DNA of 64,000 nucleotides from Thecamonas trahens ATCC 50062 (Eukaryota > Protista > Apusomonadida). Shown here in pieces: positions 1 through 13,300 of this stretch (the first letter of the stretch is position 1; each line of letters starts with the position of its first letter). The stretch covers positions 434,001 through 498,000 of the forward strand of contig NW_013657673.1 of assembly GCF_000142905.1 (NCBI RefSeq). Direction: 5' to 3'. The notes beneath the pieces were generated by a model. That model saw only the letters and a program-made list of their open reading frames with translations. It was not told the DNA's origin and did no database searches. Made by a program: the position numbers and the translations under genes.

Positions 1-2013
1 CCACCGGATCGATGTTGGTGACAACAATAGTGGTCTCGGTTGCGAGCGTCCCGCACTCGGTCGTCCCGATCTGAAGCAGAACCCGGCAGGTGCCGGGAGT
101 CGAGAGCGTGATGCCGCTCACGCCCGCTCCCGCATGGCTACCGGCGCACGCCTCGCCACTCAGCGTCCACTGGTAGCTGGTGAACGACGGCTGAGTGGTG
201 ACGTTGAGGGCGATGACGCCATCAACAGGCGCCACCCGGACACCAGCGGCCTCCGCCGATGCACCGACCACGCTGATAGTGTGCGCCGGCGAGGTCAGGC
301 CCACGAGCACAAACTCGCGGATCTCGACCGCCGACGTCCGCACCGAGTATCGGCCGCGGTCGTTAAAGGCGACAACTGCAGTCAGAGGCTCCTCGCTCAC
401 CACGGTCGCACCTGAAGGCCACACCCATGGATTCGTGTCGGTCTTGGTGATTGTCACCTGTGTGTTGACGCACAGAATGTCGGCGCTCATGGTGAACGTC
501 GGCTCGCTGGCAAAGTTGTAACGCGTCGCCTGGTTCTGTGAGACCGGCGCCGGCGCGTCATAGACGTCGACCGCCAGGCCATCGCGGCCTGCACCGCCAT
601 TGCCACCCTTACCGCCGATTCCACCAGGACCACCGGCACCACCACCACCAACTTCGGCGTTTCCAAAGCCGCCAACACCGGCGCCACCGCCATTGCCACC
701 ATCGCCGCCGTCACCGGCAACGCCGCCTCTGCCAGCCGAGCCGGCAAGTAGGTACGAGTCGGTCAGGCTTGACGCTGCGCCGCCGCTAGTCACGTACACC
801 GCAGACGAGCATCCGCCGCCGTAGCCACCGGTGCCTGGAAAACCACCCGCGCCACCACCACCACCACCGCCACCGCCGGCTCCAGCGCCATCACAGCAGA
901 CCGAGGTGTACTGGCCCTTACCACCAGCACCGCCTCCACCACCGCCGCCTCCGTACCCGCGGATCCCAGTCCCACCGCGACTGCCAGGGACCCAGAAGTT
1001 GTAGTCGTGATACGGCGCGCCGCCGGTCGATCCTGGCGCGCCGTCGGTACCCTTGTAGCCAGTACTACCTGGATCACCATTGAACTTGTTGCCTACCGCG
1101 CCGTTACCACCGGTCCGCCCACCGCGACCACCGTTCCCGCCGCGATGTTCTTCTTGGCCACCTGATCCACCACCGCCGCCTCCACCCCCAAGATGAACGC
1201 TGCTGCTGGTGCCACCACCACCGCCGGCGGCGCCCTTTTTGCAGCATCCACTGAGAGAGCCACCGTTGCCACCATTGACACTACCTCCACCGGCTCCGCC
1301 CTTTCCACCGGGGCCCTCGTTTGTGTCGTTGTCGTCGTCGCCGTTGCCGCCCTTGGTCCCATCGCTGCCGTCTTCGCCCTTGTTGCCCTTGGAGCCTCCA
1401 GCGCCGCTGGACGCCTGGCCCGGACGGATAGAGCAGCGGACGATGGCGAATGCGTTGGCGTTGTGCAGGTAGATACCGTAGGTGGAGACGCCACGGCCCC
1501 CTTTGAACGGCGCTGCATTGGTCTCCACAACCAGATCCATGAGCTTGAAGCCGGTGATGCCATTGGCTTCCATACCAATGTACGCCCGGACCTCGCCCGA
1601 CGGCGAGCCAGGGGGCTCAAAGGTGGTGGAGCCAATCCGCTGCAGAGTGGTGGTAAACAGGGCGTTTGACTTGCGCCACACGCCAGCTCCATCATACTTG
1701 AGTCCGCCTTCGTACGTGATGTATGAGCCGAGCTGAAGCCGCGCAGAAAAAGTGTACAGGCCCTGCTCAATCCGCAGCGTCACTGGAGTCGACACTGATG
1801 CACACTCCTTGGCAATGGTATGGCCGGCAGAAAAGGTGACAGGATTGCTCTTGGTCTTGTCCTTGGACGCCGTCGATGTCGAGCCGCCGGACGAGACAAC
1901 CCAGACCACACCCCCTCCGCTGCGAGGTCTCCACAATCACCAGCGTAGACCACAACCACCGCAAAGGCAAGCGAAAGCAAGATAGGACGCACAGTATGCA
2001 TCGACAAGTCCAT
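1..2013 (-). CDS. Gly-rich surface protein, paralog 1 (3' part runs off the window; one frameshift at 1911-1915)
   Basis: ATG 2013 gives MDLSMHTVRPILLSLAFAVVVVYAGDCGDLAAEG (signal peptide). Adding one G to the G5 run gives GVVWVVSSGGSTSTASKD and a frame open to base 1 (missing from the ORF track because there is no stop). Collinear with the 2376-6985 protein: GVSTYG, GGCSSAVY, AxEPT, WVWPS, IGTTxCGTLAT. Confidence 0.85.
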
Positions 2014-2375
2014 GGCGCAGCCTTGGCAGAAGGAAGGAGAAGATACAAAGTGAGAGCAACACAGAGAATGAAGAGAGTGTGATTGAGTGAGGTATGGTTT
2101 TCTGCAAAAAATTGGGTTGCGAATTGGGCTTTCTTTTAGCGGGAACTCCCTTCTTCGGCCACACCGCACGCTTTTTTTTTTGCGCATGGCGCCAACCCCC
2201 GCAAGTCCCGCACCCGCACATGTAGCAGTGTTGTGGTGTTCACGAGGAAAAGAGAGAAAGAAAGAGAGAGAGAAAGAGTGAGGAAGAGTTGCAAGCGAGG
2301 TGGGGAAAACGAGAGGGCATGCCGTCTCCTCGCCTGCGACGCGTAGTTCTGGAAGCAAAGCAGCTACTATCCTGC

Positions 2376-5300
2376 TCAAGCCAGCGAGTCAGTGGTGCCG
2401 AGATCCTGGATGGTGTCGACAGCGACCGAGGCGCAAAGTGAGTCTGGCAGCGGGGCATTCCGGTGACCATCCGGCTTCGGCGGCGGCGCCGGCGCCGGGA
2501 GCGGCGACGGCGGCGGCGGCGAGTCGTAAAAGTGGTTGTCGGTGGCGGTATTGAACGTCATGAGCGAGCCGGACGCGGTGTCGTACTCGCCGATACAAGA
2601 CGGAGGGGCGTCCGAGACGGTGGCAAAGACCGGGTTGGCGTACGCCACACTGGTGCTTCCGTCGCCATCGATGAACGTCTCCATCAACCCACCGATGGCG
2701 GCATCGTCCTCGTCCTGCTGCAGCGAGGTGGACGTTTCCGCCGCCGAAAAGCCCACTTCGCTTGCGGCACGCTTCTCCTTTTTGCGGAGGCGATAAAAGT
2801 CAAAGATAATGCCAAAGAAAATCGAGAGCACGAGCAGCGAGAGGCCGGTGATGATGGCAGCCTGCGAGAGGCCCGATGAGTATGTCACAGTCCCACCCCA
2901 CAGCGCGAGAATGGCCATGCAGAGCATCCACGACTCGAGCCGGTTGTGGAAGGTCGAGACGTACGGCTGGATGTATGACGAGTGGACTGCAATGCCGGAG
3001 AGCAGCAGCATAACAATCGACGCCTTCAGCAGCGGGTCCTCCACTGCCACCACACAGACCACAATCGCCAGCTTGCGGGCCATGATCGCAGTCTCGAAGA
3101 GGTAGAACCGGGTCCGGTACCGCCCGATCATGAACCCGTAGCTCAGCACAAACTCCATGGCGGCAGCACCACCAAGAATCCGCGCCTTACGCCTCAGCCA
3201 GAGAGTGACGACCACCGGAATACCAATGCAGTAGAGCAGTGCAAAGATGACCGCAGCCGGGAAGTACCTCCAGTACACCGAGTCGTAGCACGCGTACGCC
3301 GGCGCAGATGCCATGACGTAGTCGCCGCGCTCGACCTCGACGCACTCAAAGAACTTGAGCGTCATGGCCACGAGTGGGAGGTAGACAAGGGCAATGAGCT
3401 GAAAGTACGCCCGTCCGATGGTCGACACAATGCCGCGGTGCTTGAGGACCGAGACCGTGAGGCACCGCCCGAGCCGATGCTTGGCCTGGGCTGCCCTGCT
3501 TGCACCATCGCTCGGGACCACCATCCACTCGGGGTGGCTGGCGGCAAACGACTCGCCCCACCGCTCGACAACGACCATGTAGAAGACCATCCACAGGTAG
3601 ACGATGCCAAAGAGAACGACACCGATGGCCGGCATCGCCATCATGACCGCCCACTTGACCAGCCAGATGTTCGACGCGCTGATGGAGCACTCGGGAGAGG
3701 CAAGGTCGAGGTTGATGTTGAGGAACGAGACAATGTCGAAGATCGACCGCGCGTACTCGGGCCAGTCGAGGTTGATGTCGCCGTAGATGGCGACGACCTG
3801 GAGCGCGTTGAGGCCGATGACGAGGGCCACGAACTTGTGCGAGACCTCGGTCTTGGTGTTGAACCACGCAAGTGCGGCGCAGACAAAGAGGCCAAACATG
3901 AAGAAGAAGAAAAACATGAGCTCGGAAGGGAACTCGTCGCACGGCCGGCATATGTTGTCGACCTTGTAGTAGCCCGGCGCGCATTCGCCACATAGCCGCC
4001 CGGCGTACCCGTTGGCGCATCGGAACGGCGAGCCGCCGGCACACGCCGCCCGGTTGTGAGAGCACTCGATAAAGCCGTCGGCAGTTGATGTCGCCGGGTG
4101 CCAGCCCGGTCGGGCCACAGGACCGTCAGTTCCGCCTGCACAAACTGCGCCCTCGGGACACGAGAGGCAAGGGAAGCCAGTCAAGCGCTCCGGGTGGAAG
4201 AAGCCCGGTACGCACGAGCAGTTGAAAATTGTCGGCGCAATCGGCGACGCGATGGTATTGACCGGGCAGGTCTTGCACTTGGGCGCGTTGACTACATCGT
4301 TGTAGCCCTCGAGCGGACAGGCGGTGCAGGGACCAAACTCGGTTTCGGCAAGGTAACCGAGCTCACATGAGGCCAGGACCTTGATCGGCCATGGAGAGCC
4401 GCCGACCGAGAGCCCGGCAATGTTGACGCTGAGGACGTAGGTGCCGCCAAACGAAGGATTGTACGAACAGATGTAGGTGCCATCATCGTTGTCCACACAC
4501 GCGACAACAGTCTGGTGGTCCGGCGACGTAAGCGTCGCCGTCACAATGTCACCGCCTTCGCCGCGCAAGTTGCTGTACGCATCACGGGCGACGACCACAA
4601 ACTGAGAGGTGGTACCAACCGTGGCGTTGGTGATGCCCAGACCGGTTGCGTACGACGACGGCCCATGGGTCGGGCCGGGAACAATCGTCACTTCGTACGG
4701 ATTCGTCGCCATGGCCACCAGGTTGATCCGCAGCGTGTACACGTAGTCGCCGGGAACGGTGTTGGTGTACGTCACATCGTGCTCACCAGAGCCGATGTAC
4801 GTCTGCGTGCTCACTGGTCCACTCGAGAGACTGAGCAAGTTGTCGTAGAGGCCGACGACGTCAAATGCGTTGTCGACAATCGTCCCGCCACTCTCCTTGG
4901 TAACGACCGAGAATGACCAGGTCTGGCCGGCCTCCAGCGTCTGCGGCGTCGTCGACGTTGTCGTCGAGACTGCGGTGTCAATGTTGGTCACCACAACGGT
5001 AGTGGCGGTCGCCAGTGTTCCACAGTTGGTCGTCCCGATCCGCAGCAGTACGTTACAGGTACCTGCGGTTGGCAGCGGAATCATCGCCGTCGTCGCGGTT
5101 GTGTGGGTGCCAGAGCATGCGCTCCCGGAGAGCGTCCACTCGTAAAAGCCGGTGAAAGCCGGCTGTGACGCCACCGAGAGAGTCATCGACGCGCCAACGG
5201 CAGCCACTCGTACGCCTGCCACCTCGACTGACGTACCGGTCGACGAGATGGCGTGTGGCGGTGAGGTGTCGGTGATGTACACAAAGTCGCGGATGGTCCG

Positions 5301-6985
5301 CGATGTCGTGCCGATGGTGTGGCGCCCGGTCGACGCAAACGAGACCGTGGCCGAGCTTGTCGTCTCGTCGACAACGGCGACTGAAGACGGCCAGACCCAA
5401 GCAGCGGCGTCGTCCTTGGTGATGATCACTTCCGAGCCGGTGCAGAGCGACGAGACAGGCATGGTGATGGTCGGCTCGGCGGCAAACGAGTATCGAGTCC
5501 CTGACGCTTGCGACATGGCGACCAGTGGGTCGTACACATCAGACCGCGATCCCACCCGCCCGTTCCCACCTTTGCCGCCCCGTCCACCCGAGGAGCCAGA
5601 GCCACCCGTGCCGCCGCCCCCGACCTCCTTTGTGCCGGTGCCGGCGGCGCCACCCGAGCCACCAGCGCCACCAGCGCCGCCGGTTCCACCGCTCCCGCCG
5701 GCGCCCGCCGATCCTGCTAGCGAGTAAGAGTCGCGGAGAACGCCGCCATTTCCTGACGCTGCGTACACTGCCGACGAGCAGCCGCCGCCGTAGCCGCCGC
5801 TGCCACCGTAGCCGCCAGATCCGCCACCGCCGCCACCACCGCCACCACCGCCGGCACCATCAGTGCAAAGGTGCAGCCCTGGCCGTGACCGCCGCCACCG
5901 CCGCCACCACCACGACCGCCATATCCGCGTGATCCAGTTGCACCGGCTCCACCGGGCATCCAGTATAGGGCCGAATGCACAACCGCACCGCCGTTGGCGC
6001 CATTGAATCCAGGGCTCCCGTTGCTTGTTGCGGATGCACCATTGGCTCCCTTGAATGAGCCACCAGCACCACCGCCGCCTCCCGAACGCCCTCCGTTGCC
6101 ACCCTTGCCACCGCCACGATCTTCCTGGCCGCCCGAGCCACCGCCGCCGCCGCCGCCTCCGGCCCAGTACGACGTCGGTGTATCGCCCGATTTGCCGACC
6201 GCGCCACTGGAGCAACAGTTGGAGATGGAGCCACCTGCGCCGCCCGAGCTCGAGTCCTGACTTCCAGCGCCGCCGTTGCCTCCGACACCCTCGTTGGCCT
6301 GGTTATCCTCGTCGCCGTTTTTCCCCTTGCCGCCGTTAGAGCCTGCAGAGCCCGAGCCCCCGTTGGAGCCCGAGCCGCCTGCAGACGCAGCGCCGGGGCG
6401 AATGTTGCAGCGTAGGATGGTAAAGTCGTTTGCATTGGTCAGATGGAGGCCGTACGTACTCACGCCGCGGTTAGAGGTGACGGAGGGTGCCGCATCGGTC
6501 TCAATTGTCAGGTCCTGAAGCTTAAATTTGGACTTGCTGACAGCCTGTAGCGCGATGTAGACACGCTGACCAGAAGCCGGAGTCTCGTAGCTGGTACCTG
6601 TTCTCCGCAGAGTGGTGACAAACTTGTTTGACTTGCGCCACGCGCCGGCACCGTCGTAGATGAGGCCGCCTTCGTAGGTGACATGGGACTCGAGAGAGAT
6701 TTTCGAGGTAAACGAGTACACGCCTTGTTCCATGCGGATGGTGACTGGCGACGAAGCCGAAGCACACTCGGCAGCCATGGCCCGTGCGGCTGAAAAGGTG
6801 ACCGGAGCGACAATGGTTCCGTCCTTGGAGGCCGTGGACGAGCTTCCGCCAGAGTGGACCACCCAGATAACGCCTCCTTCGGCCGCAAGGTCGCCACAAT
6901 CGCCAGCCTCCACCACCGACACCCCAGCCACAGCCACTACCACAAGGAAAGCCACCAGATACGGGTACATCCTGTTCATGCCCAT
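2376..6985 (-). CDS. Gly-rich / filamin-Ig / Cys-rich multi-pass membrane protein, paralog 2 (frameshift at 5867-5869)
   Basis: ORF 5717..7150 (signal peptide MNRMYPYLVAFLVVVAVAG) joins ORF 2376..6215 by one extra T (GCTF|CTDGAG, matching VCCDGAG in paralog 1). Contains a poly-Gly region, a filamin-type repeat (GLGITNATVG...DNDDGTY...GSPW), CxxC-rich repeats, about 9 hydrophobic helices and a Pro-rich tail. Confidence 0.85.
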
Positions 6986-7341
6986 CACAACAGAAGCTAT
7001 TCTTTGCTGGGTAGCTCTTGCTCGCTCGAGTCGAATGTCCACACACCCCTCCTTTCCCACGGAAACACCTGGCGGCACGCGCGGGCGCCTGCCACCTTCC
7101 CTGTCGTGGAAGCAAAACGCCAAGAAAAAAGTGCGGGAAAAGCGAACCATTACTTATTGATCACTGTTAATTGGTGGTGGAGTTGCTCCTCCGCTCCTCC
7201 GCACAGCCACGGTGGGTTTTTTCATCCAGTACGGGAAGGGGGGGGGGGGGGGGGGGAATGACCATTTTACATGTCCGCTCCCTGCGTACACACCCACCCA
7301 TCCACCCACACATATTGACATGCATGCATGGGATCGTATGA

Positions 7342-10300
7342 TCAAGGCTCGGCGTGAGCTGTAGCAAGCAGCTCCCACACGGCCACGGCGCATCGCATCT
7401 CGACGTGGTCAGGAAAGGCGGCAAACCATGGCGCATCAGCGAGGTACGAGTCGTCGTTGAGGATGAGCCACGAGAGGTTCTCACGGATGGACGAGGAGCC
7501 GTCGACGTGGACTTCGATGAGCTGCGAGGCGATGAACTCGCGGAAGGGCGGAAGGAGGACAGCGAGGTCGAGTTTGGGCGCGGTGGCGCACAGGGTGTCG
7601 CGATCGGCGGTCGACAGCTCGTCCTTGTACTTGCTGGCGACCTTGTCAAAGGCGTCGCCTGCAGTGAACTCTTGCAGGAGCCGGTAGAGGCCCTCGAGGT
7701 GCTTGAGCCTGACGTGCTGCTTGATATTGACCGGGAGGCTGCTCTCGGCGGCGGCGTTGAGCAGGACAGTCCGCAGGTAGTCGACGAGCTGATGCTCGCC
7801 GATGTCGAGCCGCTGAACGAGGCTCCCGCCTGTGGCCGAGAGGAACGCCGCCACAGTCTCAAGGGTCTGTAGGACGCGATGCGCCACTGCGAGCGAAGAG
7901 AGGTCACGGGTGATGGCCTCGGCCAGCTCGCGCGGCAGCGGCTCCTGCACAATCTTCTGTCGCACCGCGAGCATGCCCGACGCCACGCCGCCTTCGCTCA
8001 CAAAGCGGGTCATTCGAAGCTCGACGTCAATGAGCGGCTTGCCGCCGAGGAACCTGGCCACGAGGTGACCTTGTGCTGCCGCAAAGTCGTACACAATGTC
8101 CCCGCTCTGGGTGTACTGCACGCACTGCTTCTCCACATACGGCGCAAAATCCAACTCTCGGTCGCAGGCGAGGACGTGCGCTGGCGTCATGAACGCGCCC
8201 TGGACAACGTTGCCGCTCCCGCCAGCGCGCTGCAACTCGCGCCCTCCCAGCAGCAACACTTCGTCGACTCGCTCCACAAGCGTGTTGTGCTTTTCCACCA
8301 GGAACCGCACCAGCGCTACCGGGCAGATGCCCTCGTCCTTGTCCGAGCAGAGCGAGAACGCCAGCGGCGTCGACCGCTCCATCCGCACGTTGACAAAGAG
8401 CTGCGGAATGCGGAGGCAGCCGAACCGCTCGACGTACTTCCACGCCGCTGTCCATGCTGCGACATACTCTTCAAACGCCGCCTCCCATCGTGGCCGCTCC
8501 GTCTCGCTCAGCGCGTCGAGCACTTCGCCGACAGTGGTCGCCCGCGCCGTCTCACGATCGAGGCGATGGTTGAACCGCTGCAGCACTAGCCCGAGCCAGG
8601 CAAACGTGCCTGGCAGGTGCGCGCACCCGCGGAGCTGCGCCGCCTGCGCCAGGTACTCGGTGAGGATCGGGAACCGCTCGCTCGCCAGCGGATCCATGTT
8701 GAGCTGCGTCACAAAGTGCTCCAGCGAGAACGGCGCCCGGTAGAGGAAGAGGGCCGACGCCGCAAGCGCCCGCGTCTCTGGTGCCAGCTCGTCGACCGCC
8801 ACGCTCTCGAGCAGCTCGCCAGTAAAGAGCGAGCCCTCGGTATCGCCGTCGGCCGAGGCTGTCGCATATGCCGCCGCCAGCCGCGCCGCCAGCCCATCGG
8901 TGTCAAAGAGCGGGAAGAGGTGCGAGGCAACCAGGTGTTCCTCCCACACACCACGTGCGTCCGTGGACGCCAGCACTCGTGCGTCTTGAGCCAGCCCGCC
9001 GCCGCGCACATCCATCGAGGTCAGTCCGGCGTGCAGCAGCATCGCTACGTCGTCGTCGGTCCGCGAGAGCATTGTCGACAGAAGCTCCCAATCGGCGAAA
9101 AAGTGCTCCTCAAAGAACACCACCGCATCGTCCGGGTCGCAGTACGTGGTGTTGAACAGCGGCCGAACAGCTGCCCGCCAGCTCGGCCAGCCGGCCACGC
9201 CGCCGAGCACCAGCGCTGCATGCATCAACAGCCGCACCACCCGGGTCGCCACAGGATTGAGCGCACGGACCGAGAAAAACCGGTCGTCAGCCTCGTCCGC
9301 AGCCGCGCGGATGCAGTAGTTGGGCGAGGTCTGGTCATCAAACTCAGTCTTTTGGTACAGTTCGGTGCCGACGTCGCCGAGGTCGATGTTGGTCTCGAGC
9401 AGGTTGTGCGACTCACCGCCAATCTGCTCGCCGCACTCGGCGCACTGCAGGACTTGTGTCGGGCGCCCACACTTGTCAGTGTAGTACGCGTGCCCGTTCG
9501 GACACGCATACCACCGCCCACCAAGCGCAGTCTGTGCCATCTTGCGAATGTCCTCCGGCATCGTCGGCAAGTACGAGCCCGCAATCGCTCCCGGCTCCAG
9601 CAGCATCGTCTTGAGCAGTGCCATCGGCGCGTGGGCGTGCGCTGCAAGCGCCGCCACTGCCACATGTGCCACCACCCGCGCCTGCAGAAGCTCTTCTGGC
9701 GACGACTCGGGATTGACAGCAAGCATGGCCGCCGCCACGCCGCCAGCACTTGCTGGCGACGACGATGACGCTCCTGCGCCGTTTTTGTCGCCGGTCACCC
9801 CACCGCGAGCAAAGAACGCCACAAGCGCCCGCTCCTGCGACGACGCCACAGCTTGGAGACCCGGACTCGACTCCAGCCACGCCTCGAGTGCGACCTTGCG
9901 GCTCGCCAGCTCGCCTTGATCGGCCACCGGGAGCACATGAAGGAGGTAGACCTGGTGGAAGACTGCAGCAAGGAGGGCAGCAACCACCCGCCCACTGCTT
10001 GTTTCGGCCGCCTCGGTGCTTGCCAGCCACGACTCGAGCGACGTCGTCGAGCCCGACGAGAGGAAGCCGGCTACAGCGGCATCGCTCGACCCAAAGAGCG
10101 GGAGCGAGACAAACGGGTTGTTCCGTGGGAGCTTGCTTGATCCGAGGAACCGCACAAGTCCGGGTTCGCCGCTCTGCCGCCACTGCGAGAGCCACTCAGA
10201 GCTGACTAGAGGCTCCTGCAAAAGTGCCGATCGCACAAACGACACGCCTCGTGCCCGCTCCATCGTCTTGAGCACAAACATACGCATCGACCGAGTCACA

Positions 10301-13300
10301 CTCGCGCCAGATCCAGAAGCGCCAACGAGCAGGCGAGCCACCATAGGGCCAAGCTGAGCCAGGCTCAGCACGCTCGCGCCCCTACCACCGCTCCGGCGCT
10401 TGGCGTCGACCTCGGCACAGAGCGCGTTGGCGTACGCGGTGAGCACGACCCGGACCCGTGCAATGTCGTCCAAAACTCGTGCCACAGCGTCGCGTGAGTC
10501 AGCACCACCAGCCGCCAGCACGCTGGCCACACCAGCCTCCAAATCGGATGGAATGACAAGGCCGTCCACACCGCTGACCGCCAGCTCGGCCGCAAGCGCC
10601 TCCTCGCGAACAGTCGTCCAGAGAACCGCCAATGGCACGTCAACGTAGCCTGCAAGCTCGACTCCAATCGCGAGCTCTGCTGCGAGCAGGTCGGCAACCG
10701 CTGGCGCCAGCGTCTCCGACTCGAGACTCATCAGCTGTCGAAGGAGAGCAACCCGCGCCGACGCTGACGGAACCACGTCGATGTAGTACTTGGCGGCGTC
10801 ATCAAGGAGAAAGTCTGGCGCGTTTCCGGCGAGCAACGCCACAAAGTCAGCCAGCAGCGGCACGTCCAGCGATGCGAGGCCGTGCGGCGAAAGACAGTGC
10901 TCAAAGACAAACGCCTCCATCAGATGCGAGGCTGCCATCGAGAGCGCCGCTTCCTTGGCTGCCGCTGCCGCCACCGCCGCGGCGTCCTCGTACGCCGGCA
11001 CGGGTTCAGGTGCGTTCGGCACCCGACACCACAGACAAGCCCGGCCTTGCTCCAGGTAAGCTGGAGAAGCCCGGAACTGTGCCACACATCCTGCACAGAG
11101 CAGTTGGTTGCACGACCCGCGCCCACAGTACCGCACAGGCTCGCTTGGAATCGAAAGACAGATCGCACACTCGATCTCCTGCCCGCGGCGCGAGATCTGC
11201 CGGTTGAGGTCCGACAGCAGTTGGACAAGGACCCGATACGCCGACTGGGTTGCCAGCTCAACAGGTTCGAGCGCTTCAAGGACCGAGAGCGTCATCGCCG
11301 GCTCGATGTACAGCACCATCGCGACCTCGCGCACAAACGTGTGATAGAACGCGAGCTTGCGCCACTGGCGAGCGCTGGCGGCCAACCTCGCCGCGTGACG
11401 TGGCAAGGCTGCATCCTTAACCTCCTCGTCGGCCCACGCCAGGACCGAGTCAACCGCGGGCTGCGCCTTTTCAAACCGGGCTGCCCAGTCTGGATAGTCG
11501 TCGAGGGCACACCACGCCTGGTTGACCGGGGCCAGCGCATCGAGCGCGGCAACGAGCACATCGAGATGAACTTCCGGGCCGAGTACACCTCCTGTACGAG
11601 CCAGTGCGCCAAAAACCCCGACCTTGGTTGCCGGAACGGCATCCACAAGCTCGAGGTACGCGCGCACAAACTTCTCTGCCCGCCAAAAGCCAGCATGCAG
11701 CGCGCCGAGCGTAGTGCGGCCGCTCGCCAGCTGCCCCAGCACATCGGCCACCTCTTCAACAGAGTACGCATCTGAGCCCGGCAGCGACATGGCGGCCAGG
11801 TCGTAGACGTACCGATCAAAGAGTTCACGGGGAAGCTCCCCAGAGAGGCCGTGCTCAAGGTCAAGGAGTGCAAACTGGCTCTCCAGTGCATCAGCGTCGG
11901 CAAAGGCGCGCGACGCCGAAATGATGCGTGCAAGATAAAAGGAGAATGGAAAGCGCGAGGCAAAGCGTGCGCCGCTGGCACCGTCCGAGCTCACGGTCAC
12001 GGTGCCACCGACCTGCGGGACAAGCTGATCGGTGCTAGTTGCGCCCATGTCGGAAAACGACTTGGCAAAGAGGTAGAGCCAGAGGGCGCGAAGGTCTGGC
12101 TCGTCGTACAGAGCGAGCGTGCTGTTGCGGTCCATGTGGGCGAGGAGATGTGCAAACGAGGCCGCAAGCCGATCTGTGATGAGCGAGTGGAGGGCAGACC
12201 GGAAGGTTCCCGCCAGCGCGAGTTCGTGATCCATCGACGCCACAGCGCCAACGTCGAGCGTGACGTCGGCGGCAGCCACAAGCTCAGCCATAATTGACGC
12301 CACAGGCTCCAGGAACGCCGGTTCCTCGAGCGAGCGCAGAATGCCTGAAATGAGCTCTCGGACATCGTCATTGGTCCGCTCGTAGGGGTAGACCAGCTTG
12401 GCGAGCGCGGATCGAAAGTGCTCGGAGAGCACAGCCTTGAGGTCAAGCTCTGGCAGGAGCGACGAGAGCGACCGACCGAGCATGGCCGTCACGTCCGGAA
12501 GGCCCGAGCTCGAGCACGGCTCGAGGGCGTCGATGAACGCGTAGTGCCACCGCGAGTCAAAGTCAAAGGCAAAGGCCGGGCCAGACCCGCCGCCAACACC
12601 CGACCGCGGCAGGTGGACGAGGAGAACAAGGAGGGCAGAGTTATCTGCAGCCTTGGCAAGTGCGTTCTCGCAAATGTACTTGGCGTGCTCGATCCGGCGG
12701 AGCGAGGATGCGAGTGGATCGCACTGCAGCAGGAGAACCCGCGACATTGCTGCTGCCGACGGCAGCCGAGCCGATGACGACGCTTCTTCGCACGTTGTCT
12801 CGAAGAACGTCCTGACCTCTGAGAGCAAGTCGCGCTCCGACGAGAGCTCATGGAGCAGAATGTGGTGGACGTCCCAGCCGGCGTCGCCAAGGAGAGTCAC
12901 CGGCGTGGATGAGATCGGCGCGTAGGTCATGACGAGCGAGCGGGTGACAGAGGCGTCGGGCAGGGCGGAGACAAAGGTGACCAGGTCCGAGTGAGCCTGC
13001 TGGCCAAAGTAGAGTTCGGCTGGCGAGACGCCGAATGAGGCCGCGAGCGCAGCGGCACGCTCGGACTCGAGCGCGCGGCAGGTGGCCTCGGGCGTTGCGA
13101 TCCACATGAGCTTGGCCAGCGCGACACCATCGGCACTCTCGGTCCCGCCCGCAGTGCTACTTTCAGCATCGCCACTGGCGCCCGCGTCGTCGCGGCCGAG
13201 CTGCGAGGTGAGGACAAGCGAGGAGAGGAGGTCTGGATGGTAGCCGCAGAACGCAGCCTGGGCATCGGCCTGCGAGGGCCCGGCAAAGGCGGTGACAAAG

